Assembly (NCBI GenBank): GCA_036172245.1
Contig: JAYWIR010000050.1
Coordinates: 620,001-684,000, forward strand
Reading direction: 5' to 3'
Length of the DNA stretch: 64,000 nucleotides
Source: Raillietiella orientalis
Lineage: Eukaryota
The notes under the pieces are model-generated. The model was given only the letters and a program-made list of their open reading frames with translations, did no database searches and was not told the origin of the DNA. Positions 40,780 to 59,899 of this stretch are shown piece by piece. How positions within the stretch are numbered: the stretch's first letter is position 1; the number at the start of each line of letters is the position of its first letter. Position numbers and translations under genes: made by a program.

Positions 40780-42700
40780 AGGTTGTGATTGGGTTTGCAG
40801 ATGACTAATGCATAAAGATGCACAAGGAAGAAGGAATGAAGAAGAGTGCTGAGGTATTTGGCATCAAATAGGGAGCAGTTTTCAATCGTCTGAGGAAACT
40901 GCATTGGATGGTCTCTTTGTTCTCTCTAGTGAAATCAGTAGTAGTAATTATTATCCTCTCATCGTTGCATGAGTGAGCAGCATCCGACGACGAACTCCGG
41001 GAACCGAAGTATCTGGATGTTCTCTTAAACAGTGTAAAATATCGAGTCGCCATTCTTTCAAGGGTGGACCATTCATTGGATCAGGGATGTTGTATTTGCT
41101 GCATAAGCGGAAGCGTTGCCCAACGAAATTCATTTCCCCGCCATAAAATTTGGGTTTGGTTGTGAGCACTTGAAGTTGGCTTGCACAAATTTAAATCATG
41201 GCCAAGAAGTCAGGTGAATTCGTTCCGGGATTTTTCATAAAATAAAACGTGGGCTCCTTTATTTAAAGTGCAGTGGATTGCATTCTGAGGTAATGCTCCC
41301 AGAGATTTCTCTAAACATGCGAGTTCCAGTAGGTCCTTTTCGAATCTTGCCCAAGTGTTTTGCGTATTTAAACTGAGAGTGCCCTTAGAGATAGAATGTT
41401 CCAGTGGCTGGGATTTCTCTTCAGACTACTTCGAAGAAGGCTTATTATCCTGCTTTGCTGTTGATCTGTGTAGCCGTCTTGTTAGTGATTGTTCAGGAAG
41501 AAATACACTCTTGGGGGGGACGAAAGGCCCAACATCATCGCCGTTGCACTAGTCCCTGATGAGAACAGGTCAATATACCTTGATGTAGTTTAAGCAGCTG
41601 AATAGTGATAGGCTGAGCAGGTCGACTCCTCTTGGGAAAAAGTTGGAACTTGCTCGTAAGGTTTGAACTTCCTTGGAGTTGGAAATCATGGATCAAATGG
41701 TGAGCACACTCGAGCATTATCCCACCGGATGGCCGCAACATCGAGTTGCAATATCATTTAACGGTGAAGGTGGGATGTTTCTGGGGCACTTCAAGGCGCA
41801 GACTTCCCGTTCAGGGTTTTAGCAACGGTAGGAGAGGTATATCAAATGGTAGTATGTGTCTGAAGTTTCCGTGGTTTTCCTTAACAAAGGCGAGAGAGTT
41901 TATGTCGGTTTGTTCTGTGTTTCTTATGCATCCATGAGTACGTAGGCCACCTGATTGCTGCAATCAGTCACGGGAGGTTTGTAGCGGTGCCCCGTGGTAT
42001 GATGTTAAGCGTTTGCATAAGACATGCTGCAGACGGGATAGACAACAGTCGTGATGGTCGACGTAGTGGGAGGGCGAGGAGCTACACTCCTCGACGACTG
42101 AGTGGTCTGCCACATTAGGAGGATTGCAATCCAGTTTGGAATGAATTTTTATAAACTCAGGCGGCGTGAGGTGGGTCAGCATGCTGGTAATCCTGATTAT
42201 GAGAAGATGAGAATGAAACGAGTCGGTGGCCTCACGTCGTCGAGTTGCTTGGATGGTACGGCGGTTTGGGTTTTGGCGGATGCTCTCATTTGATTAAAGC
42301 ACGTCTGTTTCGTTTGTCGCGCGAGTGCCGTTTTTTCCAGAGAAATCCGAAGGATCAGACGTTGAGTTTGGCTGGTGAGAAAAACGGCGTGGCGCGGAGG
42401 GGGTTCCCCGTTCTGGGAAGATAAATCAACTTCTGGGGAGGAAATGTGATCGCCGTTCTTGGGTCTTGTAAACACCGACAAGCATTCTGCATCGAGGATA
42501 TGGAGGAGTGGTAATTCAGGTGAATTTGTACTTGAATTTGTACCGAGCGTTGAATGTAGTAATCCTGGAGGAAAGGAGTTGGAAGCGTGTATGTATCCTG
42601 GTCGGAGCATTAAGGAAAAGGACAAGGAGCTACGGCTGGAGTTGGGTGTTTTTCGGGAGTACACGAATGATGGAAACACGCGGTTGTTGAAGCTTCAACA
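40780..42700 (-). mobile_element. Decayed Penelope-like element (RT plus GIY-YIG remnant)
   Basis: In order on the minus strand: LAFVKENHG...ILPFDI...LRLEVPQKHPT (~FT.E.E.NG.LPFLD...VYRKPT), then LHCLREH (~R..EH) and SSDAAHS (~SAVA.H). Many stops. Confidence 0.45.
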
Positions 42701-45345
42701 CTCTTCGTATGGTTAGCCCGCAGAAGAGCTCTCGTGCAGCAGTGAAGGCGAGGACGCTCATAGAGTCCGATTTCCGTGTAGTAGACCGAAGCTTTTGAAT
42801 GGGAACGATCTCATTTACGAGTGTAATTTATTCCCCAGTTTTGCGGAAATTTCTTTCTGAAGAGGAGTCCGGGCAAGTGTTGGGTGGGGGCGTTTTTTTC
42901 TTTCTAGTTACATTCTTTTACTTGAGAGTGAAGCTGGAGATGATCTTCGCCTATGAACTAATTGCTTGCTCTGCTGTTGCTGAGCTGGATGACTTTTCGT
43001 CCGGCTACACTTAATGTATGTTAATTGAAAGCAAGATTTTGGACTAGTGAAATGAAAAAATAATCTCTTAAAGCGAATTAAATACCATCGTCAAACCAAT
43101 TTTCAACAAGGAAGGCCTTCTGATATGATGTATCTTTCAGGGAATGCCTTCTGAAAGATCCATCTGCAGCCGCACAAATCAGCCACATTGCCAGATATAA
43201 AGATAACCCGCGTTTAAGTGACGGCTTCCACTATATTTGATATTGATACTTCTGAATAGCCAATGTTCTGTTCACTTACTGCATGTAATTTTACAAACAA
43301 TGAAAGCTACTAAAACAAGACTGATTGAAATGAAGCTAACTTGAAAATGAAACAGCACTTTTTTATATTAGAAATACCAACTTTCCATGTTTTAGTAAAA
43401 TTAATATCTCGAAAACTAGTTCTAAATCTAGATTAAGAATTATTAGGAAAGGAAGAAAAATGTCCGAGTTGGCTGGAATAAATTATCCTTTTTCACCAAA
43501 GTTCACCAACATCTTCATTGGTTTCAGTTGGTCAGCGAACAAAAGAGTACGAAATTACTTGCTTCGCATATGCTTAAATGATTTGCTGATTAGGAAAGCA
43601 TCCCCTCAGGAACAATCTGGCATCTCCTTAGTTAGAATGTATCTGGATATTGTTTGTATTGCATAAATTGTGTGAAATATTTTATATATATACCTTTACA
43701 TACAACATAGGTACCCTTACATTAAATACCTTATTGGCAAGTTGTCCAAAACGGTTTAGTAGAATGCTGCCCAGACTGTTAAATAGAATTCAAGCTGTTA
43801 TAAGAGACAGAAAACGCTGGTGCCTCAGAAACCGCAAATTCGCCGTCATCGGACGAGAAACCGCTGAGACTGGAACCAAATATCCAAAGGGATACTTCCA
43901 ACTGTTGGATCCAAGAACCTTTCTTCAACTTTGCACACATACCTTTTACGGATTCCACATAGAAGCAGTCATAGGATCTCCCTCGTGGAATTAGGAATAC
44001 TGCGGCAAAAAAGATGAGGAAGCCTGGTGCTACGGATCCTTCACGAACGACGGAGACAATTCACACGAAAAGCAGGTATGGTTTCAACCCAAACGACCAG
44101 ATCCTTGCCATGATACGCTTCCGTAAAAGTGAAGAATGGACCATGGAACACCACACCAAATTTTACGTCAGGAACATGAACTCCACAAAAGAATGCCTCC
44201 GTGTTTACCAATTCATCACCCAACCAAAGCCTCATTGCAGGGCTACTCTTGAAGCAGTGGTGCCTCAACAACCTGGACATACTCAAAGAACCACCACATC
44301 CCAGTCGCACACATCTACTGGATTGATGATCCTGCCGGAAACAACGGCAAGGCAACCTTGGCGAAATTCAAATGGATAAGAAACAACATTTACATGCAAA
44401 GTTGCAAAAAAATTGACACAGCCCACCTACACAACCAATCATCACCGTGGACTTCACTCGAGATAACCTCAAGACCGCACAACACGGCTTTATGGAATTG
44501 TTGAAAAACGGAACCCAAATGTCAAAGATGCATGAAGAGCTTCCCAACACCCCATGTCTGCGTTTTCAGAAACTGGTCTCCCAAATTAGAAAAAGTTTGC
44601 ATCGATAGATGGAAAATACTATCAACCAACAGCTCCTGAGGAGAAAAAAAAAAAAAAACCCTGCATCAAACAACAACCAGTCCCAACCAGTCAACAATCT
44701 GTTGATTATGTAATAAAACATTTTCAAATCAAAATGTTTGTAGCAACTCCTCTGAAATGAAAATATAAATGCCTTCGTACTCATAAGTTTGAACTGAAAG
44801 AAACCGACGTATGACGCAGAGTGTTCGTTTACAATCACATCATTCTGTATGAAACTTCACAAGTTTCAACACACCTACGGAGAATACCTTTCATACTCTT
44901 TTACGTGTTCTCTGTGACTGCATCTCTCAAGTTTCATTATGGTTTATTAAAAGCATTTTTCTGCTCCAACAATCTAATTTGATATTTCCATTGGCGGGTA
45001 ATGAAATTGCAATTCTCGCAAATGGTTACCTGTGATTTCAGTTCTCTAGGAAAAATCGGTTAGAGTTCCGTTTGAGGTAGAAATGAATTCCATAAATCTC
45101 TACGAAAGAACAAAACCATTTCTGTTGCATTATTTTGTTTGCGGAGAAAACTTTTAATTAAAGGAAAATTTGCCTGATTTTTGGTGATACTTTCATTTGC
45201 TTTCATCAATGATACGAGTCGGGAAAACTTGAATTCTACAAATTCTTTCCATTTGAAAACCTCTAGGAGCTTTAAAAATCTTGAGAGGCTTTAGAATTAT
45301 TGCAGCACGGATGAATGTAAGTAAGCATCAGCTGAACTAAACAAC

Positions 45346-45382
45346 TTTCTGTTCATCTATTTATCAAATAGATGAACAGAAA
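45346..45382. repeat. Perfect 17-bp inverted repeat, 3-nt loop
   Basis: TTTCTGTTCATCTATTT-atc-AAATAGATGAACAGAAA. Confidence 0.97.
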
Positions 45383-46705
45383 ATAAGAGCGTCTACTCAC
45401 AGGCAATCTGCTGGAGATCGATGCAAGACACAGGGGATTTGCTCAAAGACCAACGATGTAGGTTAAATTTGAGATCTAAATGTGCGAGTTAAGATAGAGG
45501 GATATGGCCCCTAAGTTTAGGTTCATGTATTCACGCAGTTCAGATATGGAGTTCAACATGATGTTATAAAATAATAAACTGAATTTTCGTTCCTTCAAAG
45601 GAACAATGAAAAGCAGTAACTTATATGATGAAGAAGCAATATCACCGTCCTTCGAATGGTTCGTGCTACATCAGCACAGCATTGATAAATAATTGCTAGC
45701 AGTATTCGAAAAACCCTACTTCTCATCCTTAACGTTTTACACTCATGAATGGTCATATTTTATTAAAACTGTCGGCATAAAATATATAAATATGATTACA
45801 TAAAAATATGTCCCAATGCCATTTGTATCCATACAAATAAGTTGATCAACGTTTTGATTTCATATTTTGATCACTATTCGTATTTGATCTAAATTCATTT
45901 TATGCACGTTTTATGTAACGAATTCATTAATTTCGTGAATAGAAAATGTAAGCGTTGCAGAATACATGTTGGCCTGAAGTATTTTTTCGACCGTAATGCC
46001 CTTTTAACGTTGAGTGTATGTAACTAGGATGGCGATGTTTAATTTTTTTGTTTAATAAATGCATTTGAAAAAAATTAAACTATGATTAAATATCTCTGCT
46101 AAACACACGATAGCAAACATTTTCATTATTCAGATTCATCAGACTTGATTTATAATTTTCTCGTAATTTTTTGTGCCAGTTTCTGAGAATACTTAAATTT
46201 TCGAGATTGTGCTTACAGTAGGTTTGTAGGCCAGCATACCGTGCAAATAGGTTTTTTTTACAAATCAAAGTGAAACACCGACCGTGTAGAGGTAATTGTT
46301 AATGACCTATGTTTTTCTAACGATGAACTAATGAATCGCAGGTTATTTATGTGTATTCGAATAAGCATACTGCGCTCATAGCAAAAGTCTTGACGTTCAT
46401 AGCGAAAGTTTTAAACTGTTATTACCAGTAAACAGCTTTGATATTCTAAGTGCAACTTTTGATATTAAGTGCAGTACATCGTATTTTACTCATTGTTACT
46501 AGCCCCTGTATGAAGTGAAGACAGTGTTCTTGTTTACAACTGAGCATATATGAAGATGCATAAAGGAATCAAACTTACTCCAATTAAGCTTAAAAAGGAT
46601 TACAAAATTCCTCCAGATGCAGTAGCAGATGATATTCTCACAAATTCACATGTATACCCTAACCATTGTTATTTCAATGACGAGAAAATTCCATTTTATT
46701 TTTAG

Positions 46706-53018
<6,313 letters not shown>

Positions 53019-53659
53019 AACGTTGTGTCCTCTGGTTGTGCGGTATGCCTTTCTTCTAACCACCACCGTTGCGGCCATGTTGATCACTCGCAAAGACAAC
53101 CCTTCTTTTTTTCTTTCGCGCTGATGTCTTTGAGTGTGGAGTTCATTCCCTTTGGCCGGTAGAAGGTTTCGAGTTTCCTCGTGAAATTTCACAGAATGAA
53201 CTGCCTCGAGCCATTGATTGCTCCCTTTAGTTGGAAGCAGTCGGAATGTGGGGTTTGAGCCTGAGAGAGGCAAAAAAACAAAAACAAAAAAAGAAGCACT
53301 CGTTGTCGTAATGGCGTGGTCGTTGTAAAATTTTGCAGTTGCAGTGTTAACGTAACGTTTCTGCATTTGGCAAAAAAGAAGAGGGCTTTTTTTTTCCCTC
53401 TCTCTCTCTCTCCCCGCCCCCCTTCCCCGCCCCGTTTTTCTCATTGCCTTAAGCTGCTTTTAATTTGCAGCGAGGTTCATATCAGCGGCGAGCACATGCT
53501 TATGATCCTTACGAATTTGCTCTTCGAATTTACCTCGACCGATCCACCAGTTTTTGAATGGTGTTTCCAAATGGCTTCCCGAGCACAACCTCCTGTGGCC
53601 GTGTTTTTTTTTTTTTTTTTCTTTCCCGTCGGGGAAGCCGGGGGGAGTCGAGCTCGACC

Positions 53660-54400
53660 GACCTTTTTCCCTTCCGATTGAATTGCACTGTCACGTCGGC
53701 AGCGGCATAAACGGCTTGGATCTGTGACGTCATGCTCCCGGACGTGTCGGTGTCCAAGCATCCAGCACGTTACCAGAAGTAAGGATCCAAACGGCAAGGT
53801 GTCCTCGCCTGCAGCTGGAAGGAACAACAGGAGGATCCCGTAGTGATAAAGGTTCCCCTGTGTCATCCCGACGAGCATACCCCAAATGCGACAGGATCAG
53901 CATCTCGGAATCTACCGTTGGGGTCAAATGCATCAATAAAAAGTGTCACGGTTTGATTTTCGAAAGGTGAAACATCAGACTCATGTAACCTGAGATCGGG
54001 GAAGAGAGATCAGACGGCCTTTCACAATCCACGGAGGGAGAATGCGAGGCTGCAACCACCGTTTTGCACCGAAAACCTTCCTCGCAACGAGGAGACAATG
54101 CAAGACAAAGGAAAACACCCCAGGTCACAGTTGTCTTGCGAAGTCCGAGAACGGTCACAGCAGATGTTCGCTTGGATTGAGTTCCGGCTTTAGGGGGGGG
54201 GGGGTCTTCGAAGCGGAAGTGCACTCTTGTTCTTCCATCCTTGTTTCGCTCGGTCATCGTGCATAGGTAACCAAGAATCCCTTTGCCGGCCACATGAAGA
54301 CGAAGCCGGTGGTGTCGTTATGGCTTTGAGGGTGACCAGGGGAGCTTGATGTGCCATGCAGATGGAGCGCATCAAGCTGGCGGCGCTCAGATTTATATGG
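53660..54400 (-). mobile_element. Decayed L1/Tx1-like reverse transcriptase remnant
   Basis: In order: LLVARKVFGAKRW (~LD.EKAFD.V.W), VGMTQGNLYHYGILLL (~GVRQG.PLSPLLF), AVYAAADVTV (~YADD). Confidence 0.5.
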
Positions 54401-56734
54401 CTTCATGCAGAGCGATGGAAGCAGAGCAGTGACTGTGGTCTAAATCTAAATAAGTCCACGTGAGCCATGTTTCCCCGTTTCCTATCAGCGACCGTTCCTT
54501 TTCTCCTGCGGTTGGCGATTCCAATCCTGTAAAGAGCGAAGCTCAGAGTGGATGATAATTCGTACATTTCTTCTAGACATGAATGAAGCCATCAACCTAT
54601 TCCTGTCAGTTTCCCAGCTAATCAGTAACGGTAGGGATCGCCAAAGCACAATCGTATCGGAGATTTCACCCTTTACAAGCAATCTGAGGGAATGATGAGT
54701 TCTTATATGATTAAAGCGAGATGCAGTGCTATCTCCGAAGCTCCGTTGCCATAGTTGCCTGCTCGCGAGGATGCGGAAGCGACTTGATACCATCGAATCG
54801 GAAATATGGATTGCGAGTATCGGAGAAACTGCAAATCGGACAAGAGGAGACGATGGAGCGAACTTGCAAGTATCGATTCGTAAAATATTAAAAGACTTTG
54901 TCTCTTATTCATTGGGATTGCCGAAGAATTCTGGATTATAGGATAAAAAGCTCGCACGGTGGATCCTTGCCAGTCCGTCAAAGTACGTCCATTAAAGCAA
55001 GAAGAAAATTTGTCCGCACGTTTCCAAGCATCGGTTGCTCCCGAAATGTCAGCATCATATAGAAACGAGGCCTCGGGAAAATTCTTCCCCTTACGGTTCA
55101 TTTTCGCGCGCGATTGGTCTTCGTTTCCCAAACCCAGGAGGACTGCACACCTCGGAGGAAAGGGCATGCCGGTGTTCAGTTTGATCCACCACGGTGAACA
55201 CCTGGGCAAAGCTACACATCGCGAGGTATGCGCGGTTGCTGATCCGAGATCGGCGGAAGAGAGCTGTTGGCTTCTGCTTTCAATTCGTGGCTCACTGATT
55301 TCCACCCTTTGCGTCCTTCGGGCTTCGAGATCCCAACAACTGCAGGGAGAGTCCAATTTCCGGTCGGTCTTTTTGAGGTCAAACGACCCTGCTCTGCAAA
55401 CTTGGCCGCCTCGTCCGAGTGTCACGCTCTGCCTCTATAAAAGTACTTCAGGGGTTCCCTGCAGAAATAAGCTACGGTAGTCATTTCCTTGGTCATTTGA
55501 TTGTGGGTGGCAGCCTTTCCCTCCGAGTATCCTGATGAGACAAAAAAAAAAAAAAAAAAATAGAAGGGAACGTGCAACTATGCAACATAGAGATGGCACG
55601 TTTCGTCCGTTTCCATCGGGGCTTCGTTCCAGTCCGAACTTGAAACTCTTCGAGCACAGGAACGGCACTCGTGGCTGCTCGCTGCAAACCCAGAAGGATA
55701 GTCCTGCCCATCCCGAATCCCAGCGCCTGCTCCGTCAGGCGCAAGCTGTTTGCAGCCTGCGCTCCACATTCCAAAAATCCTTAAAGATCGGATCTTGGCG
55801 CGTTCGAGACGAATAAATCAATCAGGCAGGCGGAGCGCCGTTCCCCGCGACGCCGACTGCTCGATGGCGTTCCGTGGAGCGGAGTTCCTGCTCAAGGGCT
55901 GCAGGATCAAAGCACGGGGCGCGCGAGCTGGGGCTACCGTCGACATGGCCAGGCACGAGCGACCTTTCCCTCAGTCGTGACCCTCATTTCCAGCAAGCTT
56001 CGCCTCCCGCTTGAAACTCTTCCGCAGCGGTGGAGGCCTCCCAGTCACGTAAAAGTGGGTCGCGTTCCATCATGAATCGGAGTCCACACATCGCGGCAGT
56101 ACCGAACCGGCGCAACCCGACAACGCGCGCGCCCCCTGAAGAGTTGACGCTGCCGAGAGGGCGTCGGCGACTCGTCACACCAGGAGGAGTCCAAATGGCG
56201 CCTCGCCCAGCCGCGAGAGGAGGCCGCGCGGGGTCCAAACGCTCCGAGCAAAAAGCGGTCTGACTGAATTTAGGGTTATGCCTTGACCCAATGCCAGCCT
56301 CCTCCGGGCTGAGCGACTCAGCGGATTTGCCCCACCCGGCGACCGCAAGGCGTCTATTTCACAGAAGGGTAATACAAACGAAAACAAGAGGGGAACGCAA
56401 CCGTAGAGAAGGTGATTTCCCCGACAGACTTTCAGTGGGGGTTCAAGGAGGGGGGTCCGAGGCACACGCCCGACCGGTTTCCTGAACGTCCGGATCGGTG
56501 GACGGGGGCATAAAACAAAAGCAAAAAGTAACGTGGAGGGAAGGGGCGGAGTCTTTGGCTCTTCCCGCTCCTCCATGAAGCACGGGAAAAGTCCGGAACG
56601 GGAGGGAATGGGCTGTAAGCAATTATATAAGAAGGAGAAGGACGGACCGAGGGTCACCGGCAATGTCCGTTCCTTCGTCTCAGAAGCGGAGCAGCAAATC
56701 AATGATGCCCTTCCTCTCTTCCTCGTCTAGGTGG

Positions 56735-56881
56735 GGCCTAGGCGAGGAAGGAAGGCCTAGGCGAGGAAGGAAGGCCTAGGCGAGGAAGGAAGGCCTAGGC
56801 GAGGAAGGAAGGCCTAGGCGAGGAAGGAAGGCCTAGGCGAGGAAGGAAGGCCTAGGCGAGGAAGGAAGGCCTAGGCGAGGA
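56735..56881. repeat. Minisatellite, 19-bp unit GGCCTAGGCGAGGAAGGAA, 7 perfect copies plus 14 nt
   Basis: Units start at 56735, 56754, 56773, 56792, 56811, 56830, 56849 and 56868 (partial). No spacers. Confidence 0.98.
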
Positions 56882-56891
56882 GGCGGGCCTT

Positions 56892-57980
56892 CCGGCCCGC
56901 CTCCTCGCCAGGCGTGCATCCGGAACCGGAGGACTTGCATCTCTTCTTTTATGTCGTGGAAAGAAGATAAGAAGATGCGGCCTTCTCCTCGGTCGAGTAG
57001 CCACCCTGGCGAAGGAGAATGCGCTGATGATCTGCAGCCCCGTCAACTCCAGCGCATGGCTGGAAGAAACAGTTGGCACGTGGGCGGTAGTGAATCAGAG
57101 GAGCCACGAGAGGTGGAATAGCCTGGGACGCCCGCTGCGCTCTACGCGAGATCCTGGAGTGTCCAGCCAGGAGCACGTGGGCAGAGACGACCCGCCTAGC
57201 GACGGTGCTACCCTTCCTACGGAGGGACCTCGTCAGCAGCCGGACGCCGAGGTGGCAAGTCTCTTGCCGTATCGCAGGCAGAGAAAAATTGTTGAGCGGT
57301 TGGACAAGGGGACAGCTGACGGACGCCACAACCCATAGCATCCTTCCGCAAGGACTAAAAAAATGGGGCGAGCTGCCCGGCATCACGACGGATGACCTGA
57401 AGTGGCCCCCAGTGATAACCGAAACGAGAATCCTTCCCCTAAAATGGCAGGAGTCGGCGCTGATGCTGTTGCACTGGGGACTCCCCTGCAATGCACGCCG
57501 TCATCACTGGACACGGGGAAGTGTGAACCCAAACTGTGCCCGGTGTGGGGAGCGGGAAACCCTCCCGCACCTTTTAGTTGACTGTGCTGCCCTCCGGCCC
57601 CTGTGGGAACGCTTCGGTTCCACCTTAGGGATCCTGGAAGGTAGCCTTCCCAGAGACGTTTTTCGGCTCCTCTTCGTGCGGGACGCCCTGCAGCCAGCCG
57701 CTGTCGTAGTAGGTCTCAGCTGCGTGCGCGGTATTGTGGCAGCTTGGAGTGGATCCGACGAAGCAGAGGATGTTAACAGAAGGAATGCCATGGAGTATGC
57801 AGCTCGCTTTCTGCGAATAGCATCCCGATGGCCCCACCTGGGAAATCTGTACCAGGACCTCGTCGGCATCCTGCAAAGGATTTAAGCTCCACGCAACGGA
57901 CAGTGATCCCTTCCCGGCCCTCCAACTGACAAGTGTTTTTACTTTTTCTTTTTTTTTTATTTTTGTTTTTCCCCAACCCC
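56892..57980 (+). mobile_element. 5'-truncated Tx1/L1-like element, copy 2
   Basis: PARLLARRAS...LAKENALMICSPVNSSAWLEE aligns with copy 1 (PARLLASRGT...MRENTSISCLPANCTAWLQE); KWGELPGI...KWPP; CARCGERETLPHLLVDC; ASRWPHL; stop 57883-57885; same 3' UTR motif as copy 1. Confidence 0.88.
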
Positions 57981-57999
57981 ATCTGTTGACGTGGAGTGT

Positions 58000-59010
58000 T
58001 AAGTCGGTCTGCGAACCGACCACCCGACAGCTCCATAGAACTATTGGCGGCAGAGGGGCCTTGTACCGCAAACACTGTAAGTTTTCTGAAATAAAGGCCC
58101 CAGCTTGACCGGGTGAAAACGTCTAGGTGGGGCCACCTGGCAGACTTCCTCATGAAGACAGCCGCGATGCAGGCGGCCTCCATTCGCTGCGCCCGAGACT
58201 CCAGCAAATGGCGGGCGTTAACGATGGCATGGACGCGACCTATCGTCGCTATCACAGCACCTCTCGGAACTTCGTCTCTTCGGAAGAATCGCCACAGCAA
58301 ATCCGTCGCAGTGTCTTCTCTGCGCAGGAGTGCTGAGTTCAGCCTTCGCCAAAGTTCCTGGAAGGCACCGCAGTTCAACAAGAGGTGCAGGAAGGACTCG
58401 GTCGCTCCTCACTTCGAATGGATCGGGGACGCGACGCCCCCAGGAAATCCGGTTCCTCTGCACTGGTTGCACCAGGAACCTTAATGCAGAAACAGCAGGA
58501 TGCCCTGTTCCCACTTCAGCGGGAACACGGAAGTGTTCAGGCGCAGGGGGAGGGACAACAACAAGCTCCTCGGAGTCCACTCCGAGCAGCTCAGTCCATC
58601 GAAGCAGTCCTTTCGCTCTATGAAGTGGAGTGGCAGAGTCCGACAGCTCTCAAGGCGAACCCGTCGCAGTTCGCTCTTTCCCGCGGCGTCCAGCTTGCAT
58701 CACCTGCGGCCTCGAAGAGCAAACGCGCCTCGCACCTACAAACGTCTTCATTCTGAATCGACCACAGGAAGGGAGGAGGAGATGCTGTGGCTGCACCCGA
58801 AAGGACACCCGGCGGTGCCGCCTGGAACATGCCGGAGCACCACAGCTCTCTCAAGACATCAGGAAGACCGGCAACTTCCGAACAGGTCTCGGCTCCTGCC
58901 AGCTAAGCGATTCTGAGAGACGCGTAGATCGTCCGTGTGATACCGGGCCGTCGCCTATCTTTCCAGGATGGATTGGGTTTTCAGTGATTGCGTTTTCAGT
59001 GGATCTTCTG
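58000..59010 (-). mobile_element. More decayed Tx1/L1-like element, copy 3, tail-to-tail with copy 2
   Basis: HLLLNCGAFQELWRRL...DLLWRFF...KSARWPHL is homologous to the C-termini of copies 1 and 2. Frameshifted. Confidence 0.75.
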
Positions 59011-59229
59011 GAGAGGGGAGGGGAGGGGGAGGACAAAAAAAAGAAGAAAAAATGCCGTGCTTACTGGGTCACACGGAGTACCCGGCGCCGTTCACCGCAT
59101 TGATTAGAACGTGGCACGCGAAGAGACGCTGCCAACATCACAAACGGTTTTTTTTATCGAGAGAGAGCATGCCGGAGGTCTTCACATGGCTACCACCCGA
59201 AGGACCCTGACTTCCTTGGAGTTGGGGAA

Positions 59230-59460
59230 TCTGTGCGTCACCCCCTGAGACGGGGAGAGCGACGCTACTGCCAGCACCACACAAGAGGAAACCGGTGGAA
59301 GCCTCAACTACGGGTTCTCGAATCCACAAAGATGTCTTCAAAGTGCCAAGGACGGATCAGGGTGTTCCTCCCCCTTTCGTACGGCTATCTTGTCCGACTT
59401 CATCTCCGTGAGGGGCTGATGGCCTTTAGCGCCATCTGCCACCGAGGGCTTCAGCGTCCT
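59230..59460 (+). mobile_element. Possible LINE ORF1 (gag-like) remnant
   Basis: NPQRC/KCQG across a frameshift resembles PNPxRCFKCQxxGH. Confidence 0.3.
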
Positions 59461-59899
59461 CCAAAAACACCGTGGAACAAAGTAAAAAAAAAAAAAGAAA
59501 AAAGAAAAGCAGCAGATCTCCGGTCTTCCAGGGAGCTCTCAGACCAGCGGACGGTTCGGTCTCCTGGAACAGAGGTGCCACGTGGGTCCCCTCGCTTCCC
59601 GACGGAACTCGCGATTCGGGTTCACGTGGTCAGGAGGGAGAGACAAGCCTTCTGCTTTCTGGCAGCTGAAAATTTTTAACCGGCCGCTCGGCGAACTCCT
59701 CGAGTCACTGCAACTCGGTTTGTGAAGCCGGGCTTCCGGCATTCACGCGCATCCGCCTCCTTCGACCGCGCGCTTTTCGGATTCTTCTGCTTCCGATCCG
59801 AGCACCGAATGCAGGAAGAAGGTGTAGTGAGTTCTGCTTGGGGCAGGGTCGAACGCGAGCAGCCCCGATAGCAACCCTTTCGCTCCCTTGGACTGACCG

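Noticed and set aside
43650..44700. Further faint LINE-like remnants (also about 9060-9320, 12700-12950, 23500-24200, 39200-40000, 60900-61100, 63200-63600)
   Set aside because: Only isolated degenerate motifs; too weak to classify without a translated profile search.
54485..56700. Several 100-240 aa ORFs as possible novel genes
   Set aside because: No recognisable domain or splice structure and open on both strands; probably decayed repeat sequence.
56735..56881. Possible CRISPR array
   Set aside because: Units are directly adjacent with no spacers, there are no cas genes, and the context is eukaryotic.
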